Shown piece by piece: positions 12,425 through 24,900 of a stretch of DNA of 64,000 nucleotides. The notes below the pieces were generated by a model. It made no database searches, was not told the DNA's origin, and saw only the letters and a list, made by a program, of their open reading frames with translations. The stretch's first letter is position 1. The number at the start of each line of letters is the position of its first letter. Source of the DNA: Vicugna vicugna. Lineage: Eukaryota. The position numbers and the translations under genes are program-made. Location of the stretch: contig MU058584.1 in the NCBI GenBank assembly GCA_013265495.1, positions 3,042,508 to 3,106,507 of the forward strand, in the 5' to 3' direction.

Positions 12425-12925
12425 TGTGTAGCCAGCGTCCAAGGTGGCCTCAAACAATCCCTGCCTGATGGTATTCACACTTTTATGTAGTCTCCCCTCA
12501 AAGCATACCGGGGTTGGTCTCTGACCAGTAGAAAATGGCAGAAGTCATTCCAGGATTAGGTTATAAAAAAACACTGCAGCTTTCTTCTTGGCCACTTTCT
12601 CCCTCTAATCACTTATTCTAGGGGATGCCAGCTGACATGTCACGAGATGGCTGTGGAGAGGCCCACGTGGTGAGGGACTGAGGCCTGTTTCTAACAGCTG
12701 CACCAGTGGGATTGGAAGCAGACCTCCCCAGCCCCAGTCTGCAGATGATGCCGGCTCCAGCCGATGGCTTGACTACAACCTCATGAGAGACCCTGAGCCA
12801 GAACCACCCAAAGAAGCTGCTCCTGGATTTCTGACCCTCTGAAACGGTGTAAAATAAAAATGTTTGTTGCCCTCAGATGCTAAATCTTGGGATAATTTTT
12901 TATGCAGCGATAGATAACAAATACA
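12425..12925 (+). mobile_element. MaLR solo LTR (MLT1E/F-like)
   Basis: TG start, ggtattcacac, gagaccctgagccagaaccaccca, and terminal gcagcgatagataacaaataca. Confidence 0.75.
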
Positions 12926-13112
12926 CTATTGAATTAATTGAGGAGGTTACAGTTCTCTTGCCCTCCAAAAAATTGGAGCCTTGGCTTTTTTACTGGGCCA
13001 GAGTCCCCTCCTCCTTCACTGTGTCACGTGCACCCCACCTGAAGCTGCAGGCTCAGTGGAAAAGGATGACCTTCCCCCACAGAGAAGGGCCGTTCTTCCA
13101 TCAAGGGTCTAT

Positions 13113-13525
13113 GAGTACTCAGCCATAAAAAAGAATGAAATAATGCCATTTGCAGCAACATGGATGGACCTGGAGATCATCACTTCTAAGTAAAGTAAGC
13201 CAGAAACAGAAAGAAAAATGCCATACGATATCGCTTATATGCGGATTCTAAAAAAAAAAAAAAGGACACAAATCAACTTACCTATAAAACAGAAACAGAC
13301 TCACAGATAGAGAACAAACTTATGGTTACCATGGGATACAGCAGGTGGGAAGGGATAAATTGGGAATTTGAAAATTGCACCTCTTGGGGAGAGATGGAAA
13401 TGTTAGGTATCTCGACTGTGGTGGTGGTTTCATTGGTGTATATATCTATCAAAATTCATCAAAGTGTACATCCAAAATATGTGTAGTTTACCATACAGGA
13501 ACCATACCACAATAAAGGTGTTTTT
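13113..13525 (+). mobile_element. L1 3' end fragment
   Basis: tactcagccataaaaaagaatgaaataatgccatttgcagcaacatggatggacct (ORF2 C-terminal YSAIKKNEIMPFAATWMDLE) plus 3'UTR. Confidence 0.9.
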
Positions 13526-14351
13526 TGAAAAAGGGTCTTTGAGTAGCCACACTCTCCACACCTGCCAGTGGTCCAGGAGGGGAGCAATCGAGGTGTTTGG
13601 ATTTGTCTAGGGTGGAGGATTGATGGAGCAAGAGAACAGACGGCCCTCGTGAGAGTGTCATTGAATGGTAACTGCACTGGGTTGGTAAGAAAAGGAAACT
13701 AGAAAAAGAGAATGATGGGTAGAGATTAAGGCTCCAGAGGTTTTCGGAATGTGGAAGAGCAGGTCTGGTGGGTACACACACACATGGGAGAGTTGGGAGG
13801 ATAACAGGGAGTGTCCAAATGTGATTTCTGGGTTCAAGGTTTCAGAGGTTTAGGTGGTGGTTAGCTCAGTTCATGGGGATGAGCTGTTGGAGTGAACTGG
13901 AGGGGAGTTTGCTGCAGTGCAGGGTGCCCAGGAATTGTAAAGCTAATAGACAGGAAACATAATGCAGCAAAAAGAACAATGGCCACCGTTAAATCTTGGC
14001 TCTGTCCCTTAGTAACAAATGAACTGGAACACATTGCTCAGCCCACTCAGCCTGTTTCCTTATTTGTTAAGAAAAGGAGAAAATAATGCCTATCTGGTAG
14101 GAACAAGGTGAGCAGACAGCATATGAGACGTACGTGGCACAGCGGGCTCAGTGAGCGGCAGCTGTCATTATTGGATGGGTCGGCTCTGCGGATCTTATAG
14201 ATGCCTGGAGGGACAGCGGAAAAAGGATGAAAAGGGGGAGAACAGGCCAGATGATGAAGTCCTCCGTGAAGCTGAGGAACGGACTCGCAAGTTGCTAAAG
14301 GGGAGATCGTGATCTGAGAGATGGCTGAGAGGGTGGTCTTAAGAGTTCTCA

Positions 14352-14382
<31 letters not shown>

Positions 14383-14422
14383 CTCTCTCATACACAGAGA
14401 GAGAGAGAGAAAGAGAGAGAGA
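14352..14422. repeat. Compound (CA)n-(CT)n-(GA)n microsatellite
   Basis: Direct reading. Confidence 0.9.
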
Positions 14423-14536
14423 AAATGCTAACTATGTGAGCTATGTGAGGAGATGCACCTGTTAATTAGCTTGATTATATCACAATGTATATTTAAACAT
14501 CATCATATATCTTAAATGTATACGGTTTTTCAATAC

Positions 14537-15212
14537 AGAGGTTCCTTAAAAAACTAAAAATAGACTTACCATGTGATCCAGCAATCCCACTCCTGGGCAT
14601 ATACCCAGAGAAAAATAAAATTCAAAAAGACACCTGCACCCCAATGTTCATAGCAGCACTATTTACAATAGCCAAGACATGGAAACAATCCAAATATCCA
14701 TCAACAGATCACTGGATAAAGAAGATGTGGTACATATATATAATGGAATACTACTCGGCCATAAAAAAGACTAAAATAATGTCGTTTGCAGCCACACGGA
14801 TGGACCTGAAGATCGTCATTCTAAGTGAAGTAGGCTGAAAAAAGAAAGAAAATGCCATGTGACATCACTTATACGTGGAATCTAAAAAAAAAAAAGGACA
14901 CAAATGAACTACTTATTATTTATAACTTAGGTGATTGATTTCTTGAATATGTGTAAACACATTTGACTGTCCTCTATGATTGGATTACTGCATTCTGTTG
15001 ATTCTTACTTTGTGGTTGGCTTTATTCCTTTGATAACTATGTAAGTTTATAAGGCTAAAGCTCTAATCTGTTCTTAGAAACAATGATCAGAACATATACG
15101 TAAACTAAAAAAATGTGCAGTATGTTGTATAAATGTGTTTACATACAATATAATGTATATGTGCAGTCAAACTGTAATAATTCTACCTAATAAAACTGAA
15201 AAAGGAAAAAAA
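14537..15212 (+). mobile_element. Relatively young 5'-truncated L1 inserted in an older L1 3' end
   Basis: ORF2 C-terminus MFIAALFTIAKTWKQ...YYSAIKK; ends AATAAAA plus A-rich tail; older L1M 3'UTR pieces on both sides (about 14425-14535 and 15215-15252). Confidence 0.88.
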
Positions 15213-15354
15213 GTATACTTTTTTTCTTTGCCAATTATACCTCAGTAAAGATGGGCGGAAGAGGGCGGAAGACCTGAGAGAACTCAGAAGATGTTAAGCC
15301 CCCGACCGTGGTACTTCTGTATCCACTAGCCTTATGTCCTCACTCGAAGTGGTG

Positions 15355-16685
15355 TGGAGACTTCTCTTCCGACGATGATGGAATAACTGGGGCCAGGTTC
15401 ATCTTCCTGCCTTAAACGACTAGAAAACTGGACAAAACAGAGGAAACAATGTTCTACAGATATTGGACAGCAAATAACATAGGGCAGGGATCTCTGAGAA
15501 TGGGCCCTTCAAATCTCCCAGCTCGCTGCCTTAAAAGGGTTTCACAGCACAAGAGAGGGAACCCAAAGAGAGCCCACTCATCTTCCTGAATTAAGGACAT
15601 CACTCAGAGTAGCTAGAAAGGAAGGAGCTGTACAGAGAGAGAGCTTTGGAGATCTGCAGGGAGTCCCTTGATTTGAATGAAGGCTGTGTGCTGATCCATG
15701 TTACTCAGTAATGAGGAAGCTACCCAGGGCCAAGGGAAAACCCACCAGGGACGAGGAAGAAAAAAAAAAATCCCTTGGCTCACATAGGACTGGAAATTGT
15801 TTTTCCACCAGCCAGAGTGGAAAGACCTTAAATTACAGGGTATTGTGCAGGGCCCTCAGAAGGACATTGCCTCAACAGGGGGGCCAAATTAGCCCTAGGC
15901 TAGTGGCTGCTCCGGGACTGACATAACAAAGCTTAAAGCAAGCCTCAGAAGGATCAAGTCAATTTCAAGTAAATTATCTGTGTCCTGGAAAAAAAACCCT
16001 CAAATTATTTAAAGGAATACAACGAAGCCCTGACAAAGTAAAATTCGCAATGTCCAAAAGCCAATTAAAATTATCAGGCACGCAAAGAACCTGAAGGGGT
16101 ATCAGTCAAAAGAAAGACCCAGAAACCACGTTAAGTGTTAGAACTATTAGATATGAATGTTAAAACAGTTATTATAAATGTACTCCATGTGCTTAAGAAG
16201 GAAGAGGAAAGCATGAAAGTGAGGAGAGGGAAAATTTGGAAGGTTATATAAAAGACCCATATTAAATGCCAAAGACGAAATACATTAACATCAAAAATTA
16301 AACATACACTGCATGAGATTAACAGGTTGGATATTGCAGAAGAAAAGATAAGCAGATTTGAAGACAGCTGTAGAAACTCTCCAAAACTAAATACATAGAG
16401 AGAAAAAGACTGAAAAACGCAATGAACAGCATTAGCAACTGGGAGGCCGTATCTAGTGACCTACCATGGATGTAACCGGATTCGCAGAAGCTGGGCAGAT
16501 CGACGAGTGGAGAGAAAAAATATTCGAAGAAATGTGGTCAACATTTTTCCAGATTTCATGAAAATGATACGTTTACCCATCCAAGAAGTTCAGTGAAACT
16601 CAAACGGAAGAAATATTAAGGAAACGACACCAAAACACACCCTAATCAAACTGCTGGAAACTTGTGAGAAACAGAAGTCCTAAAG
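15355..16685 (+). mobile_element. Old L1 5'UTR/ORF1 fragment
   Basis: Degenerate ORF1-like A-rich sequence (gaagaaaagataagcagatttgaagacag; aaaatattcgaagaaat; ccaagaagttcagtgaa). Confidence 0.75.
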
Positions 16686-17553
16686 AAGGCGTTAGGGAGA
16701 ACTATTCAGCTTTTGCATCCTGATCTCACAAATTTGGGAGCTGAGGATTTGTTTTATTATAGCAAAACTTTTTTTAGGTCAGGCTTCCTGTGGCTTCCTC
16801 AGGGAGATTCTCACTTCACAAACTCACAAGGCATTTAATCGACTTGCTTCTCTCCAGTTCCAGGCGCCAGGGACTGGACCCTGGGTTCTTTTCGAGGCAG
16901 AATCCTTAACTGTTTCAGTGTTTTGCTTCCTTGCCCTGAAGCTTCTTCTTTCATGCTTTCCTCTACCTTCTTAAGTTAGTGGCAGTTGCCTTGAAACCAT
17001 CTGAAACAGTTGGGTGAGAGTGAGCTGAGGTCTTTGTCTGACTGGGATGGCTTAATGGGAAACCTCTGAGCGGTAAGTCTTGTTTCTTTCTGACAATGGC
17101 AGTGAGGCAGTTGGCTTTCCGATGTCCTCAAGCTCCCAAGTTTCTGGGCCCTTTATTCCCTTCTTCTGCTTGCAAACCAGTAGATTCTGGTCTGAACTCA
17201 TCTTCTTTCTTGTCATACCTTGCTAGAAACAGTGAGCAAGCAGCCAACGCACACATCCTGACTCATTCCAACCACGTTCCCTAGGAGATCTGGCACGACA
17301 GGGGTGTGCCTGCCTTTTTCACCACAGCACCAGTCCTGCCAAGCCTTTTGCTGTAACATAAGAGGAGACTCCATCTTTTCAGCCAGTGATATCAGTTTCT
17401 AACCTCCTCTATGTGCATCTACTAAGTCAATGCCTATACTCTAGGTGTTTCTTTTAAATAGCACTCACTCCGCATCAAGGTACCAATTTCTCTATCAGTC
17501 AGGGTAGGTTAAATTAGCTTATTAAACAAATACAAAATGTAGTAGCGAAAGGA

Positions 17554-17612
17554 GGGGGAGGGTAGAGCTCAGTGGTAGAGCGCACACTTAGCATGTACGA
17601 GGTCCTGGGTTG
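17554..17612 (+). mobile_element. 3'-truncated vic-1-like SINE
   Basis: GGGGGAGGGTAGAGCTCAGTGGTAGAGCG...GAGGTCCTGGGTT, then similarity stops. Confidence 0.85.
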
Positions 17613-19191
17613 AAAAACACCAGGCTGTAGCAAAGTCTAAGCAAAGAACAGGAGCTGCACAGGACTCGGTGGAGAGAAAGGGGGTAGCAATGAGGAAGCA
17701 GGGTTTGGCTGGATGGGGCGACCAGCAGGATAAGGGGAACCCTTCTAGGACCATCTGTTTCTCTTTCTCCCCTGTTTTTAAGAATGTAACCATGTCAAGG
17801 AAGAAACAAACCTTGTTGTTGTTATTGTTGCTATTTTTCATGGAAGGATATTGAGAGGCTTGGGGAGTGGCAGGAGAATCCAGGAAGGGAAAAAGGTAAC
17901 AATACCTGCCATGAGCCTATGAGGTCTGTGCCTTCGTGCTCAACAGGGAGCCTCCCATTAGCCCTATTCGAGCACCCATTCTGGAATCCTCTCAGTATGT
18001 GGTCCATTCTGCCTGCCTCCTTTCTGCTGTGCCCTGGACAAGCGGCTCCAACGGAACACAGCATCTCATTCCCTTGAAGATCTTGCAGGACCAATACTCA
18101 CCACGAGGTGGCACACACACATTAGCAGTAGGTTGAGCGGACGGAAGAACAAGTTCAAGACAGCTAGAAAAAGCAAACCCATATAGTATAGGTCTTCAAC
18201 GTTGAGGTCCACGGGTTCAAAAGTCTGTTGCATTTTTTAAAATCTTCACCACCAAGTGGCTTTTTCCAGTGCCCTCAAACTTGAGGCTGGATGCTTGGAA
18301 AGACATATCTCTGCACCAGGTGGCAGCAAATAGCAAGATACAGAATCAGAGAGGCTGACGACCCACCAAGGGCCAGGTTGCCCCCGAGGCAGCCCAATTC
18401 TACCTTGAATGGCCCCTCTGAATCGTTATCCCCACCTCTTAAGATTTGTATCCTACCCGAAGCCGTTTCTCCCTTTTCCCAGGCGTGCAGGTCCTGGATT
18501 TTGTTCCAGTGTCTAACTCCCTCACCACATTAACTAGGGCAGAGCATGAGTAGATGAAGCCAACCAGGGTTGTCTTACTCCCCTTGGCCCTTAAGGGCTT
18601 GGGGATGAGCATGTGACCCAGATCCAGCCAATGAGCGCTAGAGAGGCTGGGCATCACCTGGGAAAAGATTTCCCAGCTCTTATAAACAGTAAGTCCCGAT
18701 ATAATAAGAGCCCTCATTCCTTCTCCCACTAGTAAGGAAACTAGGTTTGCCTAAGCAAGGAAGAGGTTTACCAGAAAGTCAGAGAAAGAGGGTTTTGTTT
18801 TGTTTTTTTTCTCAGTGGGTGGTGGTCGGGGAGAAGCAGTGAGAACAGGGGGAGGGGGGTGCTCCCAAGCTGAGCCTGAGCTGTGGCTATGGCCCTCTTC
18901 CCACCCCTCCCTCCTCCATCTCCCAGTTCTCCCCAGGTGGGGAGGATGCTGCCAGGGCCCCAAGCAGCCTCAGTGCTGATACAGAGGTAGCTGAGCAGGG
19001 GCCCAGCCCCCCGGAGCTCTTCTTGCCCCCCTCCCTTGTTCTAGTCCCTTCTAAGGTGCACGGAGACCCAGCTATGCGACCCCGGCTAATCCATGGGCCC
19101 AGATGCCACACATGAGCTCCGTGACTTATTTAAGCTACCTCTTCAACCTTTAAACAAATTCAAGTGCCTCTCATCTTAAAATAACGGTCCT

Positions 19192-19281
19192 GGGGGGAGG
19201 GCAGAGCTCAGTGGTAGAGCGTGTGCTTAGCACGCAAGAGGTCCTGGGTTCAATCCCCAGTACCTCCATTTAAAAGAAAAA
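19192..19281 (+). mobile_element. Camelid tRNA-derived SINE, short form
   Basis: Complete tRNA-like head plus A tail; TSD taaaataac(g/a)gtcct at 19177-19191 and 19282-19296. Confidence 0.93.
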
Positions 19282-20155
19282 TAAAATAACAGTCCTCTTC
19301 TACCCTACCCACTTGTCTCTCTCTCTCTAGCTGCAGACCTCTCTCCCTCCTTCCTTCCAAACCAAACCAACGGGAAAATAGTATACCTGCTGTCTTTACT
19401 CCAGCTCACATTCACTCCCCAATCCACTGTAACCTCTCTACCACTCTAACGAAATTGCTTTGGATAAGGTATTAATAAGATCCATATTGCCAAATCCAAA
19501 GGCGGCTCTCCTGACCCTTTCATGTTGGCTTTTTCGGATGCTATTGATCATTCACTCACTTGTTCAGCAAATATTTGTTAAGTCCTGACCATACACCAGG
19601 CATTGTTCCAGGTGCTGAATGTACATTAGTGAGTGAAATAGTCCCAAATCCCTGTCTTCATGAAATATCTGTTCTGGTAGGAAGAGACAGGCAATAAGGT
19701 AAATTAATAAGAAAATTATATGGTACATCAGAATGTGTTAAGAGAAAGTTATAATCAGAAGGCATTATAAAGAAAAATAAAGCAAAAAAAATGATAAGAG
19801 TGATAGAATGATCTGAATGTAGAGTGTTACAAACATAAGGGCCAGCGAAGGCCTTACTGAGATGACCTTTGAGCCAAGACCTAAAGGAGGTGATGAAGAG
19901 ATCCATGCAGAAATCTAGGGGGGGAGACTTTTTCAGGCAGAGGAGAAAGTAAGTGCAAAGTCCCTGAGGTGGAGTGTGCTTGGAACATCCTGGAAGTCCC
20001 TATGCCAGGACCAGAGTGAACGGCAGAGAACATTAGGAGATGCTGTCAGAGCATAAGGAGGGGTTGGGGTGAGGAGGAGAGTGGGGAATGGACACATCTC
20101 ATAGGGTCTTGTAGAACCTTTGAAAAGACTTTGAATTTCACTCTGACCTGGGCAG

Positions 20156-20555
20156 TGTTATGGGTTGAATGTTGGAGTCATAACCCCTGGTAACTCAGAA
20201 TGTGACCTTATTTGAAGATAGTCTTTGCAGAGATAATCCAGTTAAAATGAGGTCATTCGGGTGGGCCCTGATCCAATAGGAGTGTCCTTTAAAAAGGAGG
20301 AATTTGGACACAGAGACAAGACACAAGGAGAACACTGTGTGAACCCTGCAGTCATGCTGCCACCAGCCAAGGAACTAGCAGACGTTAGGAGAAAGTCCTG
20401 GAACACACCCTGTCCTAGTGTCTTCAGGGGGAACACGGTCCTGCTGACACTGAGCTCGGACTTCCAGCCTCCAGGACTGTGAGACAACGAAGTTCTGTGG
20501 TTTAAGCCACTAAGTTTGTGATGTTGTGTCATGGCAGCCGTAGCAAACTAGCAAA
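20156..20555 (+). mobile_element. MaLR solo LTR (MLT1B/C-like)
   Basis: TGTTATGGGTTGAATG...ctcagaatgtgaccttatttg...gacttccagcctccaggactgtgaga...ggcagccgtagcaaacta. Confidence 0.85.
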
Positions 20556-20653
20556 CGGGAGCCAAGGGAGGGTTTTAAGCAGAAGAGTTACACAATCTGG
20601 CTTACTTTTTAAAGCAATCACACATTGTTGCTGTGTTAAGAATAGAATAGCAG

Positions 20654-20839
20654 GGGTGGGGGAGGGGATAGCTCAGTGGTAGAGCGTGTGCTTAGCATGC
20701 ATGAGGGTCCTGGGTTCAATCCCCAGTACCTCCATTATAGATAAACAAATAAACAAATCCAATTACCTCCCTCCCCCCCAAAAAAAACCCAAAACAAAAC
20801 AAAAAAAAGAATTAGAAGAAAATAAAGAATATTAATAAA
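20654..20839 (+). mobile_element. Camelid tRNA-derived SINE, long form
   Basis: tRNA-like head, aattacctcc-C-run, A tail; TSD aatagaa(t/g)agcag at 20641-20653 and 20840-20852. Confidence 0.92.
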
Positions 20840-21434
20840 AATAGAAGAGCAGAATCAAATGGGCCAGTTAGGATGCTAATGCAATAATGTAGGTAAGACG
20901 TGGTGTAGGGTGGGGTGATAGACCAACGTGGCAGAAGTGATGAGAAAGGCAGAGCCAACGGAACATGCTGATAGATTGGGTGTGGGGACTGTGTCTATGA
21001 GAGAGAGAGAACTGAGAGTGCCCGCTTCTTAAAATATTAATTCATCTTCAGCTCATACAGCCTCCCTTTCTCCTGGGTTTTCTCTTTCTTATTCTGTGTA
21101 GGCATGTCTGCCTCTGTTTCTTCTATAACTGATCATGCTCCCCAGGATTTGTTCTTCTTCCTTCATAATCTATAGGTTCTCCCACAATCTATAGGTTCTC
21201 CTCATAGATCATAACCAAACCTATGACTTCAATTTTCACTTGTGTTCTGATCACTCCCAAACACGTAACTTCATCTTTGATTTCCCTTCTATGCGCCAGA
21301 AACACATATCCAGACCCTATTATAAGGGATTCCCACCTAGCTACCCCACAAGCTTCTTGCACTCACTTTGTCTGAAATTGGACTCAGTATGTTTTCCCCA
21401 AAGCATGTGCCTCCTCTGGCTGTATTCCCATCTG

Positions 21435-21920
21435 TGGAGCTGTGAAGTTCAAAGGTGGCTTCAGCTTTAGGCACAGTTAGATCCAGGGGCTCAAACAATG
21501 CCATCAGCATCTTCCCCTGCCCACCCCCACCTCTCCTGTGCCACGACTGTATGTCCACTGGATTCATTCTCTTGTTCTCCACATTTAGCAGGAAAGAAGG
21601 TTAATGGTTCAAGCTTATATACTTACTATAGCTTTTGATCCGAAAGAATGAAAGGCCCTCTCTTTCCAGCACCCACGTATCAAACATTAGAGTAGTTCCT
21701 GATTAGTTTTGTTTGGCCCACATGCCCAGCCTGGAGCCTGATCAAGGGGCCAGGAGAATAGAGCGTTTTAATTCGCTAGTCTTGGTTTATATGCCCCCCT
21801 TTTAGGAAGAGGGGACAATGCGCCTGACAAACCACCTGGAGTGGGGCAGGTAAGGTTCCTTGAAGGAACCTGTTGTCAGAAGGAAGAAGGAATGCCAGGC
21901 AGTCAGCAACAGCAGATACA
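21435..21920 (-). mobile_element. Old MaLR LTR (MLT1J/K-like)
   Basis: gctttaggcacagttagatccaggggctcaaacaatgccatcag motif typical of old MLT1. Confidence 0.55.
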
Positions 21921-24900
21921 TGAAGTCACTCTGCCATATTCTCTCCCAGTGATTATTTAGAATACTTCTACTTCGTAATTATGTGTTCATTTGTCTGACA
22001 ATTAATTCAACACCTACTTCCCCCACCAGGGTGGGACTTGATGAAAGTGTAACTCTGCATATTTTTGATGACCACAGTACCCTGGCACACAGTAGACACT
22101 TAATAAACATTTGACTGGATGGTTCCTAATCTGTCCAAAGGCTCACCTTTTCTAATCTCGGTCCACCCTGCCACCAGAGTGAGCTTAAAATGCAGATCTC
22201 ATCATCCCCCTTCTCTGCTTGTTATCAGTGACTTCTTGAAGATTTCAAACTAAACTTCTTGGCTGGCCTCATGGCTTACCAGTTCCCCATGTGCTCCAGT
22301 CAACCTAAACTACCTACTCTCTCTTGACTCTTTTTTTTTGTACATTTTTCTGTCTACAATGCTTTTTCTTCCAACTTTTTCTCAGCCAACTCCAGTAAAT
22401 CTTTCAGAATTTGGCTCTTGTCACATTTTTCAGAAACCCTTCTTGAGCCTGTGTTCGATGACCTCCTCCAGCACTGTGTTCATCTCTGCTTGTCATACCT
22501 GATTCGTTCAGACGCTGCCCCCACCTACCCTCTAAGCTCCTGGAAGTCAAGGGTTCTGTCTTACTGATTTTTGCTGACCTGTACCCCTCATCCTCCCCAA
22601 ATAGCATCGACGGTTTCCTTCTCTCTGTGGATCCGCCTCTATTGCAGCATGCACCACAACCACTAATGCTGCTCATCTCTGCTCCTGGAGGATACTGACT
22701 ATGTACTATTAGCCCCTGCACCTAGCCTGGTGCTTTTGGTTTGCTCTGATGTAACTGAGAAGAATCACAATGGGGAGGCGACAGTCAGTCACATTGTTAG
22801 AACTTTTCAGGGTTGAGTCTTAACAGAGTTACACAGATTGTGCCTGTAGCCATGTGATTTTTTAAGAGCAGACCTAATAGTACTTCATGTTATTTTGAAG
22901 TCTTCTGGGTGTTTTCTAAATCTTTGTTGTTCATCCATAAATCCTATCTACTAAGATAAGCAGGAAATTGGTTTATTATTGTTTATTGGAAGATAAGGTT
23001 TTTTAATTAAATCATCCTGTGGACAGGGGTACAACCAAGACTGGAAGGAAAGGAAATCTGTTCACCTGCAAGTGTAGTTCTTTTTATCAGCAAGATTTTA
23101 CCAGATAAAGCTAAAGCTTTTAGACAAATGAACTCCAGAAAGAAAATCTTCTAGCTACAACCTGGAGTCCTTTTAAATGGATGATTAAAGCGGGAGAAAG
23201 AAAAATAAATTGTCAAATGATTGCTCAGTATATATAGAAATAAAACAAGTGAGCATTTTACTATTCAACTGTTTCTAGTAATGTTCCCTTATCATTTACG
23301 AGGTATGTATCTATTTTTTTAAATTCGTTTTATTTTTTCAATTTTTTCCTGAAGTATAGTTGATTTACAATGTTGTATCTGCTTCTCATTTCATCTTTAT
23401 AACCATTTTGTGAGTAGCAGGAATTGTCATCCTTTTTTGTTAGATAAGGTAACTAACACTAATAGCTACGCGCTGTCACTCGTTTGAGCAGAATCCTGCT
23501 CAACTCACTTTTGTGGCCACTGTACCCCCAGCGCAGGCTCTTGCATCTTGCACAAAGGTGGTGCCCTGTGTGTGGCGTGGCGGACAGGTGAATGCACGTA
23601 TGTGATTACATCCTGACACAGACGTCAGGTTCTTGGTTCTTTCTGGGATTCCAGGAAGTGTCATTTCAGCATATGTGAAGGAAAAAGTCACACTTTGGCT
23701 AAATCCTTTCTAGAAATTTGATTGTTCTTCATTTTTAAGAACAAATTATCGATTAACATAATACAGTCAAAGTCTTAGATGAGTTTACCACATCTAATTG
23801 GAGCAGTGTTCTTTATTGCCCCAAATCCAGCTTTGGCCAAATCTCCTAATTCAAGTTCCAAAGAGATCTCTCTCTCTCTCCTTTTTCTTCTTCAAACTAC
23901 CTGGTACCACCCATTAGTATATGATAAAATTAGTGGCTTGTGTCCAAAATTTTTTTTTGTAGATACAGTATTTTTATAGATTAAAATTAGAAAAATTGGT
24001 GTGAATGTGGAGAACAAACAAAACTTTAGAGGGATCTCTTCAGCAAGTTGACTTTTCAAATGTACTATCACATTTTTATGTTTTAAATACCACCCCTGAG
24101 TCAAGAGATATAAATGGAAATAGGGAAGTGGAATTTCCATTTTCCTGCCCAAGCTGACATTACTGTTTATATCTGAGTGTTCTCGGAGCAGTGTTATAAA
24201 AAAAAAAAGAGTGGAAATGCCATTTAAAGGATTTGACCAAATTTTTTGAAAAATAAAAATAGTATGAAATTATCGAAGTGCGTACAGGAGGAAAACATGG
24301 TTTCTTGTCTGGGTTACAAAAATGAAATGTATTCCTTACCATGGGCTGTGGTCAAAAACATTTCAAAACCACTGCTCTGAAGTTACTGTCCCATTCTGCT
24401 TAAACATGTGAAATTTCCTCCAAAATGGAATAGTCCATCACCACCTCAAGCAGGTTTCAGCTTTTTCCAACCTTCTTGATATGACCTGTTTATGATCAAA
24501 TTGATTCTGTCCAGCAAACGTTTGCAGTAATTAATTACAAACCTAAATCACTTGTGTTAAAAAATGGCCTTTGCTTGTATTCATAAGCAGCCAGATGGGC
24601 TTTGGATGCAAATATAATTTTCTGGATTAATACATGTGTTTAGCCTCCATCTTCAGAAAGCAGCCATTCAAAACACCATCTCTTAGTAGACTTGAGTTTA
24701 TTTTCTTCCATATTCATCGGGTGACAGCTAGACAATTTCCTAATTGATTTAATAATTTAACATTTTCTTCTAAGATTCAAAAAGTCTCGTTAATATGTAC
24801 CATTCAGATGGTGAAATAGGAATGTGGGGAAGTTTTTTTTTTTAAATAGAGGGAAAACAGTGATAGTCATTTAACCGATCCTCCCTGGGAACCCCAGCTT

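Larger units (their letters stand above)
19550..21000 (-). mobile_element. L2 remnant, interrupted by an MLT1 LTR and a SINE
   Basis: cattcactcacttgttcagcaaatatttg (L2 3' end, reverse) and caggcagaggagaaagtaagtgcaaagtccctgagg. Confidence 0.75.

Noticed and set aside
19192..19270. tRNA-Ala gene-like sequences (also other copies)
   Set aside because: Followed by A-tails and flanked by TSDs; these are SINEs, not tRNA genes
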